Below, in pieces: positions 1 through 9,122 of a stretch of 64,000 nt of DNA (position 1 is its first letter; the number at the start of each line of letters is the position of its first letter). Location of the stretch: the NCBI GenBank assembly GCA_030603365.1, contig JAUVXV010000002.1:384001-448000 (forward strand). Direction: 5' to 3'. The notes beneath the pieces were generated by a model. It did not search any database, had not been told where the DNA came from, and was given only the letters and a program-made list of their open reading frames with translations. Source of the DNA: Candidatus Heimdallarchaeota archaeon. GTDB lineage: Archaea > Asgardarchaeota > Heimdallarchaeia > Heimdallarchaeales > Heimdallarchaeaceae. Made by a program: the position numbers and the translations under genes.

Positions 1-289
1 GTAAAATAACTTTAGTATGAATATTTGGTCTAGTGTAATCATCTATTACAAAAACAACTGGTTTTCCCTTTTCGTATTTTTGTTTCACAAGATCATCAAA
101 AGAGATGTTAAATCCAATTGGATCTGATAGCTTTCTCATTAAAGCTTCTTCAATTGTTCCCTCAAACATAGGACTTTTAGAAAATTCTGGAGGGTGTAAG
201 AATTTTGTTTGATCCTTATACTTTGCTGGAACGAAATGATTAATAATCTCTGAGCCCCAAGATATCGGTGTATCCAAGTATTCTGTCAT
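1..289 (-). CDS. larA: LarA-family (nickel-pincer lactate racemase/DUF2088) protein, N-terminal part; runs off the window edge
   Basis: Not in ORF track. Manual translation from ATG at 289: MTEYLDTPISWGSE...KLSDPIG...KPVVFVIDDYTRPNIHTKVIL. The 'PIG' and 'V.V.DD.TRP' motifs are typical of the LarA N-domain. Confidence 0.75.
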   Translation of the reverse strand, partial: MTEYLDTPISWGSEIINHFVPAKYKDQTKFLHPPEFSKSPMFEGTIEEALMRKLSDPIGFNISFDDLVKQKYEKGKPVVFVIDDYTRPNIHTKVIL

Positions 290-386
290 AAGCTTCCCAG
301 TGACAAAGTCTATATAAAACATATCTTTTGAACAAAAATATATCACCATCAATCAATTTTTAACGGTATTAGTTTTCATTTGTGAT

Positions 387-1907
387 ATGGCAATTCATGA
401 GGTAGCTCTTCATCCTTCTAGGAAGATAAACATACGTGTTTTAGTGATAGCTAACCTCATTTCTGGTCTTATTGCAGGTTTCTATAATGTAATTTTACAA
501 CCTTTTATTGTTGAATTGATTAATTTAAATGGAGGAAGTGTAAATCCTGAAGAAACATTAGGAACAATCATGACAATAGCATCACTGATACAAATTGTTC
601 CATTGATTTTTGCAGCCAAAATCAGCGATAAGATTGGACGAAAAAGAGTAATTCTTGGTAGTTTTCTTTTCTTTCCTGTAGCTATGTTATTATTTGGAAT
701 AGCAGGAATACTTCCTTTAAAGCATCCCATTTCCTTCTATACTTTTTCAGATGGATTCTTCGTTGATATTCTTAAGCATCCTCATCTTACCCAAAATGGT
801 CTTCCTTTAACTTATGCTCTTGCTGTAGCTTTCCTTGGTTTAAGCTGTGTATCCTTAGGATTTGGATTTGGAGATCCTGCAGGTGGTGCTTTAATAGCTG
901 AAAGTGCAGAAAAGAAAAAAACAGCATCATCTTTTAGTCTTATTAATATGGCTTTCTACGCAACAGGCTTAATTGGTCCTCTAATAATAAGAATCTTAAC
1001 TAACAAAATTGAAATCTGGGTGTATTTCTTTATCCTCGCTGCATTAAGGATAATAATGTTCATCTATCAATTGTTTGCGTTAAAAGAGCCACATGTGATA
1101 AAGGACTATAGTCCTAGTATATTCAAGCAATTTATTCAATCTTTGAAAGCTATCTATCTAATGTTTATCCAGATGTTCAAATCAATTTTCCTTTACCTTT
1201 CCATTCCAGTTGTATTAATCATTAATAGAATTAATAGAACCAAAAGAAACAACTATATAGAAGAAGTTAAAACTAATCTCAATCTCTTAAAAGAAATTTT
1301 TCGAAATCCTGGAGTACCTTACGCAATAGGATTTTTCATATTGGACGCTTTAACCTGGGGATTGAGTATAAGTATATTCTGGGGCAGTCTAGTTACTCAA
1401 TATAATTTTAATGAAGGAAATATAGCAGTTCTTCAGCTGGTTTTCAATTTAAGCACTCTTATATTTTTTATACCTGTAACAAAAGTATCTGATAAATTAA
1501 GTAAACCGCAGCTCCTTCTTCTTAGTCAACTTACAGGTGGATTATTCTTTACAGCAAACATAATTGCATATTTTACTCTTCCACAATACAGGTTGTATAT
1601 CATAATGATTGGATGGATAGGATTAGGAGCAAGCGTAGCATTCTGGATGCCTGGAATAATGTCTATACTAACAAATTTTGACAAAAGAAGAAGAGCTGAA
1701 GCATATGGATTAGTGCAAGGATTATCTAGTGTTGGATGGTTACCAACCTCTTTTCTTGCCGGTATCATAATTTCCAGAGTCAACTTCTTAACAGTTTTCA
1801 TTATTAGTTTAGTACTCTTACCTTTCAATCTACTTATGGCATGGAAGTTCCCAGATAAAGAGGAAGAAGATGAAGAAGATTCAAGCAAACAAATAGAATC
1901 AAACTAA
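387..1907 (+). CDS. MFS transporter
   Basis: About 12 hydrophobic segments; motif A 'AKISDKIGRKRV' repeated as 'TKVSDKLSK'. Confidence 0.85.
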   Translation: MAIHEVALHPSRKINIRVLVIANLISGLIAGFYNVILQPFIVELINLNGGSVNPEETLGTIMTIASLIQIVPLIFAAKISDKIGRKRVILGSFLFFPVAMLLFGIAGILPLKHPISFYTFSDGFFVDILKHPHLTQNGLPLTYALAVAFLGLSCVSLGFGFGDPAGGALIAESAEKKKTASSFSLINMAFYATGLIGPLIIRILTNKIEIWVYFFILAALRIIMFIYQLFALKEPHVIKDYSPSIFKQFIQSLKAIYLMFIQMFKSIFLYLSIPVVLIINRINRTKRNNYIEEVKTNLNLLKEIFRNPGVPYAIGFFILDALTWGLSISIFWGSLVTQYNFNEGNIAVLQLVFNLSTLIFFIPVTKVSDKLSKPQLLLLSQLTGGLFFTANIIAYFTLPQYRLYIIMIGWIGLGASVAFWMPGIMSILTNFDKRRRAEAYGLVQGLSSVGWLPTSFLAGIIISRVNFLTVFIISLVLLPFNLLMAWKFPDKEEEDEEDSSKQIESN

Positions 1908-2752
1908 AATGGTCTTTTTGTTAGGCTAAAGTCAATTTTTTCAGAAATTTCTATACCTGTTCTTCTTAGGATGTTAAGAATTTCCTCTTCATATCTTTCT
2001 TTGAAGAAGAAATATCCTACTAACCAAAAATCACTATCCTCTTTTGCTAATTGTTGACAAAACCATCCTTCAAAAATCTCAGATGTATCAATTCTTAGAC
2101 TATCAAGTCTCTTTTTCTCTCTTTGTGTTAAAGATGATTTAACAAAAATATCACTGTCAATTGAAAAAGCTAGTAGTAGCTCAGAAAAAAGCGAAATGCT
2201 ATTCTTCTCTTGAAGTTTTTCTCTATTGATAAAGGTGAAAACTTTACCTTGATCTATATCTCCTATAAATAAATCAGCAACATATAATTTTCCAGCTTCT
2301 TCTAGGTTTGTATATCTTTTTAATATAGAATCTATGAAAGCTGGTTCAATGCTTTCTTTAGGGAATATTTGAGTATATTTCACAATTTCCTTGACTTTAT
2401 GAGAAATATCTGTTGGAGGATCGTAAGTCTCAAAGGATATAAATGGAGAAAGAACTTCAAAGATTGCTTGTCCTTTTAATTCTAGATATGAATTATTATC
2501 AAAAAGATCTGTAAAAAACACGAAACGTAGCGGATTATTTTCTCCTCCAGGAGCATAAAGATAGATTTTGATATCTTCAAGTGCTGCATTAACCAATCCT
2601 CTCTCACTCTGTGTACATTCACCTACGAAATTGTTCAATGCACTTATCATTGGCCAGATTAATTCTTCACTTATTTGGATAGAATGATCATGGAAGATGG
2701 TTCTTCCTAATCCTGTTTCTATATCCATGAATGCAGCTAAATGTATCATCAA
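1904..2752 (-). CDS. Hypothetical protein, probable tandem longin-like domains
   Basis: beta-beta-alpha-beta-beta-beta-alpha pattern twice; 'ELIWPMISALNNFVGE' helix and 'FIGDIDQGKV' hairpin. Confidence 0.5.
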   Translation of the reverse strand: MMIHLAAFMDIETGLGRTIFHDHSIQISEELIWPMISALNNFVGECTQSERGLVNAALEDIKIYLYAPGGENNPLRFVFFTDLFDNNSYLELKGQAIFEVLSPFISFETYDPPTDISHKVKEIVKYTQIFPKESIEPAFIDSILKRYTNLEEAGKLYVADLFIGDIDQGKVFTFINREKLQEKNSISLFSELLLAFSIDSDIFVKSSLTQREKKRLDSLRIDTSEIFEGWFCQQLAKEDSDFWLVGYFFFKERYEEEILNILRRTGIEISEKIDFSLTKRPF

Positions 2753-2858
2753 ATAGCTTTAAACCTTATTCTACATAAGACTATCCCCTAAAAGGAGAAT
2801 CAATACATAAGCTTATTAATTTAATTCAAAACCTATAATAAAATACGTCGTTGATACT

Positions 2859-3308
2859 ATGGAATTAGAGACCTCTGCAGGAATTGTAATATACAATGCA
2901 GGAAGATACCTCCTACTTAATTATGGGCGTAGTCGCGTAACAGAAAATCGTTGGGGATTAACTAAAGGCAGAATTGAGGGGACCGAAACTGTTATGCAAG
3001 CGGCGCTAAGAGAAGCTTATGAGGAAACTAGTATCAAAGACATTGCTATTTTAGAAGAGTTTCAACATAAGATTACTTACTATTTCACTCGTGGATCACA
3101 TAGAATTAAGAAAACGGTAGTTTACTTAATCGGAATTTCACCAGTATCTGAAGTGCAGATTTCAAAAGAGCATATTGGTTTTCATTGGGCAAAATATGAG
3201 GAAGCTCTTGACATGCTCACTTTTGAAAATACACGAAAAGTTATAAGAGCCGCAGAAAGGTATTTGCGCGAGAACGAACTAGCAAAAGAACCTTCAGAGG
3301 GGAATTGA
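2859..3308 (+). CDS. Nudix hydrolase, Ap4A hydrolase-like
   Basis: Nudix box 'KGRIEGTETVMQAALREAYEET'; 'SAGIV', 'KTVVY', 'SKEH' typical of Ap4A hydrolases. Confidence 0.85.
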   Translation: MELETSAGIVIYNAGRYLLLNYGRSRVTENRWGLTKGRIEGTETVMQAALREAYEETSIKDIAILEEFQHKITYYFTRGSHRIKKTVVYLIGISPVSEVQISKEHIGFHWAKYEEALDMLTFENTRKVIRAAERYLRENELAKEPSEGN

Positions 3309-3875
3309 TTGGCACTTACTGAGAAAGATTTACTATCCAAAGTTCCTGTTGTTAAAAAACCAAAAACTCTTAATCCACTAGGAGCAGTAATCTGTGCTTT
3401 ACTTTTAGGAGGAGGACATACTTTGATTTATTCTAGTCTACTTCGTGTTAGATACTTCCATTACTTTAGTGTTTTTGGATTTCTTCTTGTAATCTTATCT
3501 ACATTCTTTATCATTGCATCTTTATCTCTTTCAGCCAAATTGATTTTATTTACTCATAAAATTGATAAAGTCAAATCTTTTTCAGCTCAGATAATCTTCC
3601 AGATATTAATATTCTACTTGGCATTTCTTCCAGTTTATGGTTTTAGCATTGTATATTTGGAGCAAACCATAAAATTATGGCAGATTCTTATTATAACTGT
3701 AATAGTAGTTGTTCTATTTGCAGGCAGTCTATTTTTTAATATACGACTAATGCTAAAGGATGAAGCAAGAATAGGGGATCTAAAGAAAGTCTTCTATCAA
3801 CCAAACAAACTATTACTGATCTGCATTGGTTTTGTTATTACTTCAATAGTAACAGGAGTTCTTTTCGTATTCTAA
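3309..3875 (+). CDS. Hypothetical membrane protein (about 5 TM)
   Basis: TTG start preceded by GAGGGG; hydrophobic segments. Confidence 0.7.
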   Translation: MALTEKDLLSKVPVVKKPKTLNPLGAVICALLLGGGHTLIYSSLLRVRYFHYFSVFGFLLVILSTFFIIASLSLSAKLILFTHKIDKVKSFSAQIIFQILIFYLAFLPVYGFSIVYLEQTIKLWQILIITVIVVVLFAGSLFFNIRLMLKDEARIGDLKKVFYQPNKLLLICIGFVITSIVTGVLFVF

Positions 3876-3881
3876 AAAAAT

Positions 3882-4262
3882 TTAGTGCATTATACGAAAT
3901 CCTTGACTGATAATTTCTTCCTTAAGTCTCTGGAAAGTTTTCACAGCTTCATTGAAATCGACTTTGTTAGAAATAGTTTCGACACCTTTTATTGTAGAAC
4001 CCTTAAATTTCCACATTTCTACACTATAGACATAAGTATCAGGTTCAGGGATGTGCAAACCAGACCTATCATAAACATACCCAGATCTTTGCCCGAAAGA
4101 GAGCATAAGTAGGAACCAATAGTGAGGACGAGGATCATCATCATCATCTGTAGGTTTTTCTAGAGTTATGGTCTCTTCAACAGTACCACTTTTGGTATCC
4201 GCAGATAGCTTTAGTTTCTGTAAATTCTTATACACATCTGGAGGTAATCTTTTGGATGACAT
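3882..4262 (-). CDS. Hypothetical protein (C-terminus weakly WGR-domain-like)
   Basis: 126-aa ORF fills the gap; ends 'FNEAVKTFQRLKEEIISQGFR'. Confidence 0.65.
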   Translation of the reverse strand: MSSKRLPPDVYKNLQKLKLSADTKSGTVEETITLEKPTDDDDDPRPHYWFLLMLSFGQRSGYVYDRSGLHIPEPDTYVYSVEMWKFKGSTIKGVETISNKVDFNEAVKTFQRLKEEIISQGFRIMH

Positions 4263-4449
4263 GTATCAACATTATTAAAATACACCAATCAGTTAAAAAT
4301 TTAACCCCTAAATTTACCAAATTTATATATCAAAAACTATTTTCTCAGATGATAATTATCAAAGAATAGCCATTAGTATTTAAAAAGGGTTTAAATATTA
4401 TAGTAGAAATAGATTATTACAACGGCTTCATTAAAAATGTGAACGAGAG

Positions 4450-7071
4450 ATGTCCAAACAACCTTCTCCGCTGAAATGTGTCATTATTGATATTGATTTT
4501 TTTATTCAAGAGAAGGAAAAAGCAATTGAAGAACCAATTATAAGAATTCGTGGTAAAACACAAGAAAATCAGCTTATTATTACCCATGTTAGTGGTTTCT
4601 ATCCATATTTCTACATAGATGAATTACCTGAAACTACCAATGCTATTCAGAGCCTGCTTTACAAAGAAAAGGAATTTGGAGATTGGATTAAGGATCATTA
4701 TCCTTTAACAAAATACAAATATTATCAGCACAAACCCATGTATCTTTACAAGATACTAGGTCGTAATCCATGGAAGATTATGAGATATAGTAAAAAACTA
4801 AAGGAAATTGGCATAAGAAGCTATGAAAATGATATTTCATATGTTTCCAGGTTCCTGATTGATAATAATATTAATGGATTGAACTGGATAAAAATCTCTA
4901 ATTACAAAGAAAAAGATTCTGGGAGCGATAGTAGGATTATAGAGGTAAACTATAGTGATATTGAACCCATTGAAGATGAAGTTGATTTTCCTATTAACAT
5001 TCTTTCTTTAAGTTTAGTAATAAATTCTTATACAGAAGAAGGTAAGAAAATTAAGAATTTCTCTAGTATCTTACAAGAGAAAGAGAAACGAATAATTTCC
5101 GCGAGTATTACTTGGGGAAGTGATAGGCAGTACACTAAAACTAAAAGTTTCATACTAGAAAAAAATGACGATGAAAATGAGCGAAATCTTATCAGGAATT
5201 TAATCAATGAAATACATACAATTTCACCAGAAGTCGTTGTAACATTCAATGGAGATCGTGTTACGCTTCCCTATTTGATTTCACGAATGGAAAAATTAGG
5301 TATAGATCCAGAGTTGTTGGGTCCTTTTCAAGATGTAAGAATCAAGGAACCTATAGGTTATCTCGGTTACAGGATTCCAGGTTACATTGTTTATGATTTA
5401 GTTAAAAGCACAAGATGGTTAAGAACTAGAACTGGTAAAAAAAGTCTATCCGATTTCTCACAAGAACTACTGCAAATTGAGAGAGAAGGAGGATATGCTA
5501 AAGTAAATGAAGTTTGGTTTAAGGCTGTTATAAAACAGGAAAAAAACCTGAAAAAGAAGCTGATTGAGTTAAGTAATCTGGATGCAAAAATCGTGCATGA
5601 ATTATTTTTTGAAATGGGGATGGAAGAATGGCTAGAAGTTATAAAACTTGCTGGAATACGTCCTTCTGAAGGGATTTACTCTACTCCAAGACACATCGGG
5701 GAGTTTCAACTTTTCAGAGTTTTACATCATAAGAAAACTCTAATTCCCAGTGAACCTACAAGAGAGGAATTGGCCTTCCGAAAAAGCACTAGATCTATGG
5801 CAATTGGAGGATTTGTTCTTGTTCCTAAAGGAACACTTCACGAAGCTGTTCTTATTGCGGATTTCCGGTCTATGTTTCCTTCTATAATGGTGGCTTTCAA
5901 TGTAGGTGGTGAAGGATACAATGGTTCTGTAGCCCTACCAGAGAAGAAGTTTAAGAATGAACCAGATTCTGGTTTGAGAATCATGATGAAAGAGCTTCTA
6001 GAAGAGAGAAGGAAGATCAAAAAACAAATTTATGACTTAGAAACCTACCTTCGAACATTTGAAGATTCTAAGAAGAAAGCAGAATTAGGTATTAAATTAC
6101 ACAAACTTAAAACTAAGTCAAGTGCTCTGAAAGTTACTGCGAATTCACTGTATGGTAGTCACAATTATGTAGGTAGTCGTTTTTATGATACAGAAATTTC
6201 AAACGCAATTACAAGCATAGCAAAAGATTACATTAAGAAAATAGACAAATGGACACAAGAGTTCTCTGGTAATAGTTGTCAAGCGATTTATGGGGACACT
6301 GACAGTATCTTCATCAAATTATCAGACAAAGAAAAAGTCTTTGAGATTGCAGAAAAAGTAAAACAGAAAGAAGCTTTTTCTTTACAAGAAGTTCCTGAAG
6401 CTTTCGAGTTGTTAGCGTTTTTCGAGACAAAACTACCTAAGGAAATGGAATTAGAATTTGTTGACTTAGCTACAAGAATAGTCTTTGCACCAGAAACAAA
6501 AAAACGGTATAGTTACATAAGTGCAGTTACAGGCGAGTTAACAATAATTGGTTTTGAGGCGATTAGAAGTGACACTTCACCCTTTGCAAAAGAGGTTCAG
6601 ATTGAAGCTTTAAAATGTGTTTTAGAGGATGGGGATCTCGAAAAAGCTAGACAAAGAGTAATCGAATTAGGATTAGATTTCAAAAAGATAGCTGACCAAG
6701 AATTAATTGATAAAACGACTATTTTAGGTCCGATCAGAAGGAATCCTAAAGATTACAAATCAAAAACTTCAGCAATTGGAGCTTTGGAAGATTTTGCCAT
6801 TAGAATGGATTTGAATGTAGATGAAATCTGGAAAGAATATGAGCGATTTCCATTTGTAATCATGGAGGGAAGCTCTTCATTATATAAACGAGCAATGCAT
6901 CCTTCTTTAGCTGATCCTACTAAAATCGATAAAAACCACTACTTGGAAGAAGCAATCAGAGATGTCCAAAGAATAGGAGTTAAAGTAGAACTAAAAGACC
7001 TTCAATCTTCTAGTCAAAAAACTCTTGATTTCTCACTAACATCTGCAGATGATCAGAAAGAAAAGGATTAA
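4450..7071 (+). CDS. polB: Family B DNA polymerase with degenerate 3'-5' exonuclease motifs
   Basis: Motif A DFRSMFPSI, motif B KVTANSLYG, motif C YGDTDS, KKRY; N-terminal 'GFYPYFYI'. Confidence 0.95.
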   Translation: MSKQPSPLKCVIIDIDFFIQEKEKAIEEPIIRIRGKTQENQLIITHVSGFYPYFYIDELPETTNAIQSLLYKEKEFGDWIKDHYPLTKYKYYQHKPMYLYKILGRNPWKIMRYSKKLKEIGIRSYENDISYVSRFLIDNNINGLNWIKISNYKEKDSGSDSRIIEVNYSDIEPIEDEVDFPINILSLSLVINSYTEEGKKIKNFSSILQEKEKRIISASITWGSDRQYTKTKSFILEKNDDENERNLIRNLINEIHTISPEVVVTFNGDRVTLPYLISRMEKLGIDPELLGPFQDVRIKEPIGYLGYRIPGYIVYDLVKSTRWLRTRTGKKSLSDFSQELLQIEREGGYAKVNEVWFKAVIKQEKNLKKKLIELSNLDAKIVHELFFEMGMEEWLEVIKLAGIRPSEGIYSTPRHIGEFQLFRVLHHKKTLIPSEPTREELAFRKSTRSMAIGGFVLVPKGTLHEAVLIADFRSMFPSIMVAFNVGGEGYNGSVALPEKKFKNEPDSGLRIMMKELLEERRKIKKQIYDLETYLRTFEDSKKKAELGIKLHKLKTKSSALKVTANSLYGSHNYVGSRFYDTEISNAITSIAKDYIKKIDKWTQEFSGNSCQAIYGDTDSIFIKLSDKEKVFEIAEKVKQKEAFSLQEVPEAFELLAFFETKLPKEMELEFVDLATRIVFAPETKKRYSYISAVTGELTIIGFEAIRSDTSPFAKEVQIEALKCVLEDGDLEKARQRVIELGLDFKKIADQELIDKTTILGPIRRNPKDYKSKTSAIGALEDFAIRMDLNVDEIWKEYERFPFVIMEGSSSLYKRAMHPSLADPTKIDKNHYLEEAIRDVQRIGVKVELKDLQSSSQKTLDFSLTSADDQKEKD

Positions 7072-7076
7072 TCTTT

Positions 7077-7778
7077 CTATACATCGTCCATTTCTTCATA
7101 TAACAAGGAAAGTAAATCTTCAACTTTTTCTCGGGATTTTGAATCCTCTGATAATTTCTTAACTGAATTTAAAACAGAAAGGTTTGAGAATAAAACAATT
7201 AAATTCCAGAGTTTGTCATCTATTTCAAGACCATAATCTTCTTTCAAAGAATTCATAGATTCGTGAGCATGGTCAATCATATCCTTAACTACGGAAGTTA
7301 GAATTTCTATCTTAAACTCATTCACTTCCTTAAAGACTTTATCAGCCATTTTGCGAACAATTCTTTGTACTGGTCGTTCAGGTATCGGAACTCTTGATTG
7401 TAATTCAGTTAGTTCGACTTCGTCAAGAGGAGCCCATAATATTAGATTGATGGCATCTGGTTGATAGCTCGCACGATAGAATTTTATTGTCTTAGCCATA
7501 TTTTTGATACTCTCTTCTCTAACTACGAATATTAGTTTTGATTTTTCTAAAATCTGTAGATGATGATACACAGCTTGGGGAGTACTTTCAATCTTTGCAG
7601 CAATCTCAGAAAGGTTAAGCTCATTTTCTGAAAGATGCTTCAAAATAGCTAATCTTTTATTTGAACCTAATGCTTTAGTCACATTAACAGTTTCTCCTTT
7701 CTTAAGTTTGATAATATTCAAATCTTTAAATTCACCTTTATCAGAACCAGATTTTTTTGTCATTTGTGACTTAACCAT
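7077..7778 (-). CDS. ArsR-family winged-helix transcription regulator
   Basis: 'KALGSNKRLAILKHL...LSEIA...PQAVYHHLQILEKSKLI'. Confidence 0.85.
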   Translation of the reverse strand: MVKSQMTKKSGSDKGEFKDLNIIKLKKGETVNVTKALGSNKRLAILKHLSENELNLSEIAAKIESTPQAVYHHLQILEKSKLIFVVREESIKNMAKTIKFYRASYQPDAINLILWAPLDEVELTELQSRVPIPERPVQRIVRKMADKVFKEVNEFKIEILTSVVKDMIDHAHESMNSLKEDYGLEIDDKLWNLIVLFSNLSVLNSVKKLSEDSKSREKVEDLLSLLYEEMDDV

Positions 7779-8027
7779 TTAAAAACGGCACTTCAGCCTT
7801 TTTTATCTTTTTGGTAGAAGTTATCCAACTGTGAGTAGCCAAAAAATGATTTTTCAACATATTGCAAAGAATATTTTCCAGTGGAAGCAACAAGGTTCTT
7901 CTTGGATATATCTCCTTCTTAAAAGAGTAAAAACAGGAATTTCTGCCTTACATCTTATTCTTCAATTATCGTCACATTTATAGTAGTATTAGAGAACATA
8001 ACTTGCACATCGGCTGATGAGGTATCC

Positions 8028-9053
8028 GTGATACATTTGATGTTGTTTGAAGCAGAACATTATGAAAAGAAAGAGGGAAATTTTGTTCACTGCCTTTTAT
8101 GTCCACGAAATTGTGTGATTCAATCTGGAAATCTGGGAAATTGTAAGGCTCGGAAGAATATAGATGGAACACTTTATGCATTAGGTTACAATCGGTTCAC
8201 ATCAGTTCATGATGATCCTATAGAGAAGAAACCTGTTTATCACTACAAACCTGGTTCAACCACAATGAGTTTTGGAACAGCTGGATGCAATCTTCATTGT
8301 GCTCATTGTCAAAATTGGAGTATAAGTCAAATTTCTGCAGAAAGTAATAATCTTATAACAATAACTCCTCAGAATGCAATTGAAATCACTGGAAAAAACA
8401 ATTGTGAGACAATTGCTTATACCTATAATGAACCTCTCATCAACTGGGAATGGATAAGAGATACAGGAAAGCTTGCTCATGAACATGGATATGGAAATAT
8501 TTTAGTCTCGAATGGTTTGATAAATAAGAAGCCTCTAGAGGAAATTATACCTATCATAGATGCAGTCAATATTGATATTAAAGCATTTACTGAAGACTTC
8601 TACAAAGAAGTTACAACTTTTCCAGGTTTGAAACACATAAAAAGAAACGTAATCAGAATGTGGGAAGAAGGGATTCATGTAGAACTTACTATGTTACTCA
8701 TTCCAACTTATAACGACAATCCTTCTGAGATTGAAGCTTTTTCGAAATGGGTATTGGAATCAATGAATTCAAAAGTTCCAGTACATTTCAGTAGATTCTA
8801 TCCACATTATAAAATGCAACATGTTCCTCCAACTCCCGTTGAAACGATTTTGAATGCTAGAAAAATTGCAGAAGCAGCTGGTTTGAAATATGTTTATACT
8901 GGAAATTTACCCTATTCTGAAATAAATACAACTTACTGTCAGAATTGTGAAGCGACTTTAGTTGAGCGTGTTCATTATAATGTTAAAATTCAAGAACTTG
9001 GAAAAGATGGTAACTGCAGAAAGTGTGGAGAACATTCTGACTTTCGACTTTAA
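8028..9053 (+). CDS. amrS: AmmeMemoRadiSam system radical SAM enzyme
   Basis: N-terminal CLLCPRNC, 'DPIEKKPVYHY.PG', GCNLHCAHCQNW, YTYNEP, HFSRFYP, C-terminal CxxC pairs. True start may be ATG at 8040. Confidence 0.9.
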   Translation: MIHLMLFEAEHYEKKEGNFVHCLLCPRNCVIQSGNLGNCKARKNIDGTLYALGYNRFTSVHDDPIEKKPVYHYKPGSTTMSFGTAGCNLHCAHCQNWSISQISAESNNLITITPQNAIEITGKNNCETIAYTYNEPLINWEWIRDTGKLAHEHGYGNILVSNGLINKKPLEEIIPIIDAVNIDIKAFTEDFYKEVTTFPGLKHIKRNVIRMWEEGIHVELTMLLIPTYNDNPSEIEAFSKWVLESMNSKVPVHFSRFYPHYKMQHVPPTPVETILNARKIAEAAGLKYVYTGNLPYSEINTTYCQNCEATLVERVHYNVKIQELGKDGNCRKCGEHSDFRL

Positions 9054-9122
9054 GTTCATTCTTCAGTAATTCTATTGTTAAACAATTATCCTTATATTCT
9101 CATAGAAAAAAAAAGAAAACGT

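Noticed and set aside
3290-3320. Nudix ORF ends in TGA immediately followed by an in-frame TTG ORF (possible selenocysteine or readthrough fusion)
   Set aside because: The TGA is not at a Cys-like catalytic position, the Nudix domain is already complete, and a GAGGGG SD precedes the TTG. Ordinary translational coupling explains it.
7846-7983. 45-codon + strand ORF upstream of amrS-tldDE as a possible RiPP precursor
   Set aside because: No leader/core pattern or residue bias, and it occupies the divergent promoter region; probably chance.
8011-8034. CTGATGA followed by a GTATC/GATAC hairpin (hammerhead-, fluoride-riboswitch- or C-box-like)
   Set aside because: No GAAA after the stem, no upstream GATGG riboswitch element, and no suitably spaced D box.
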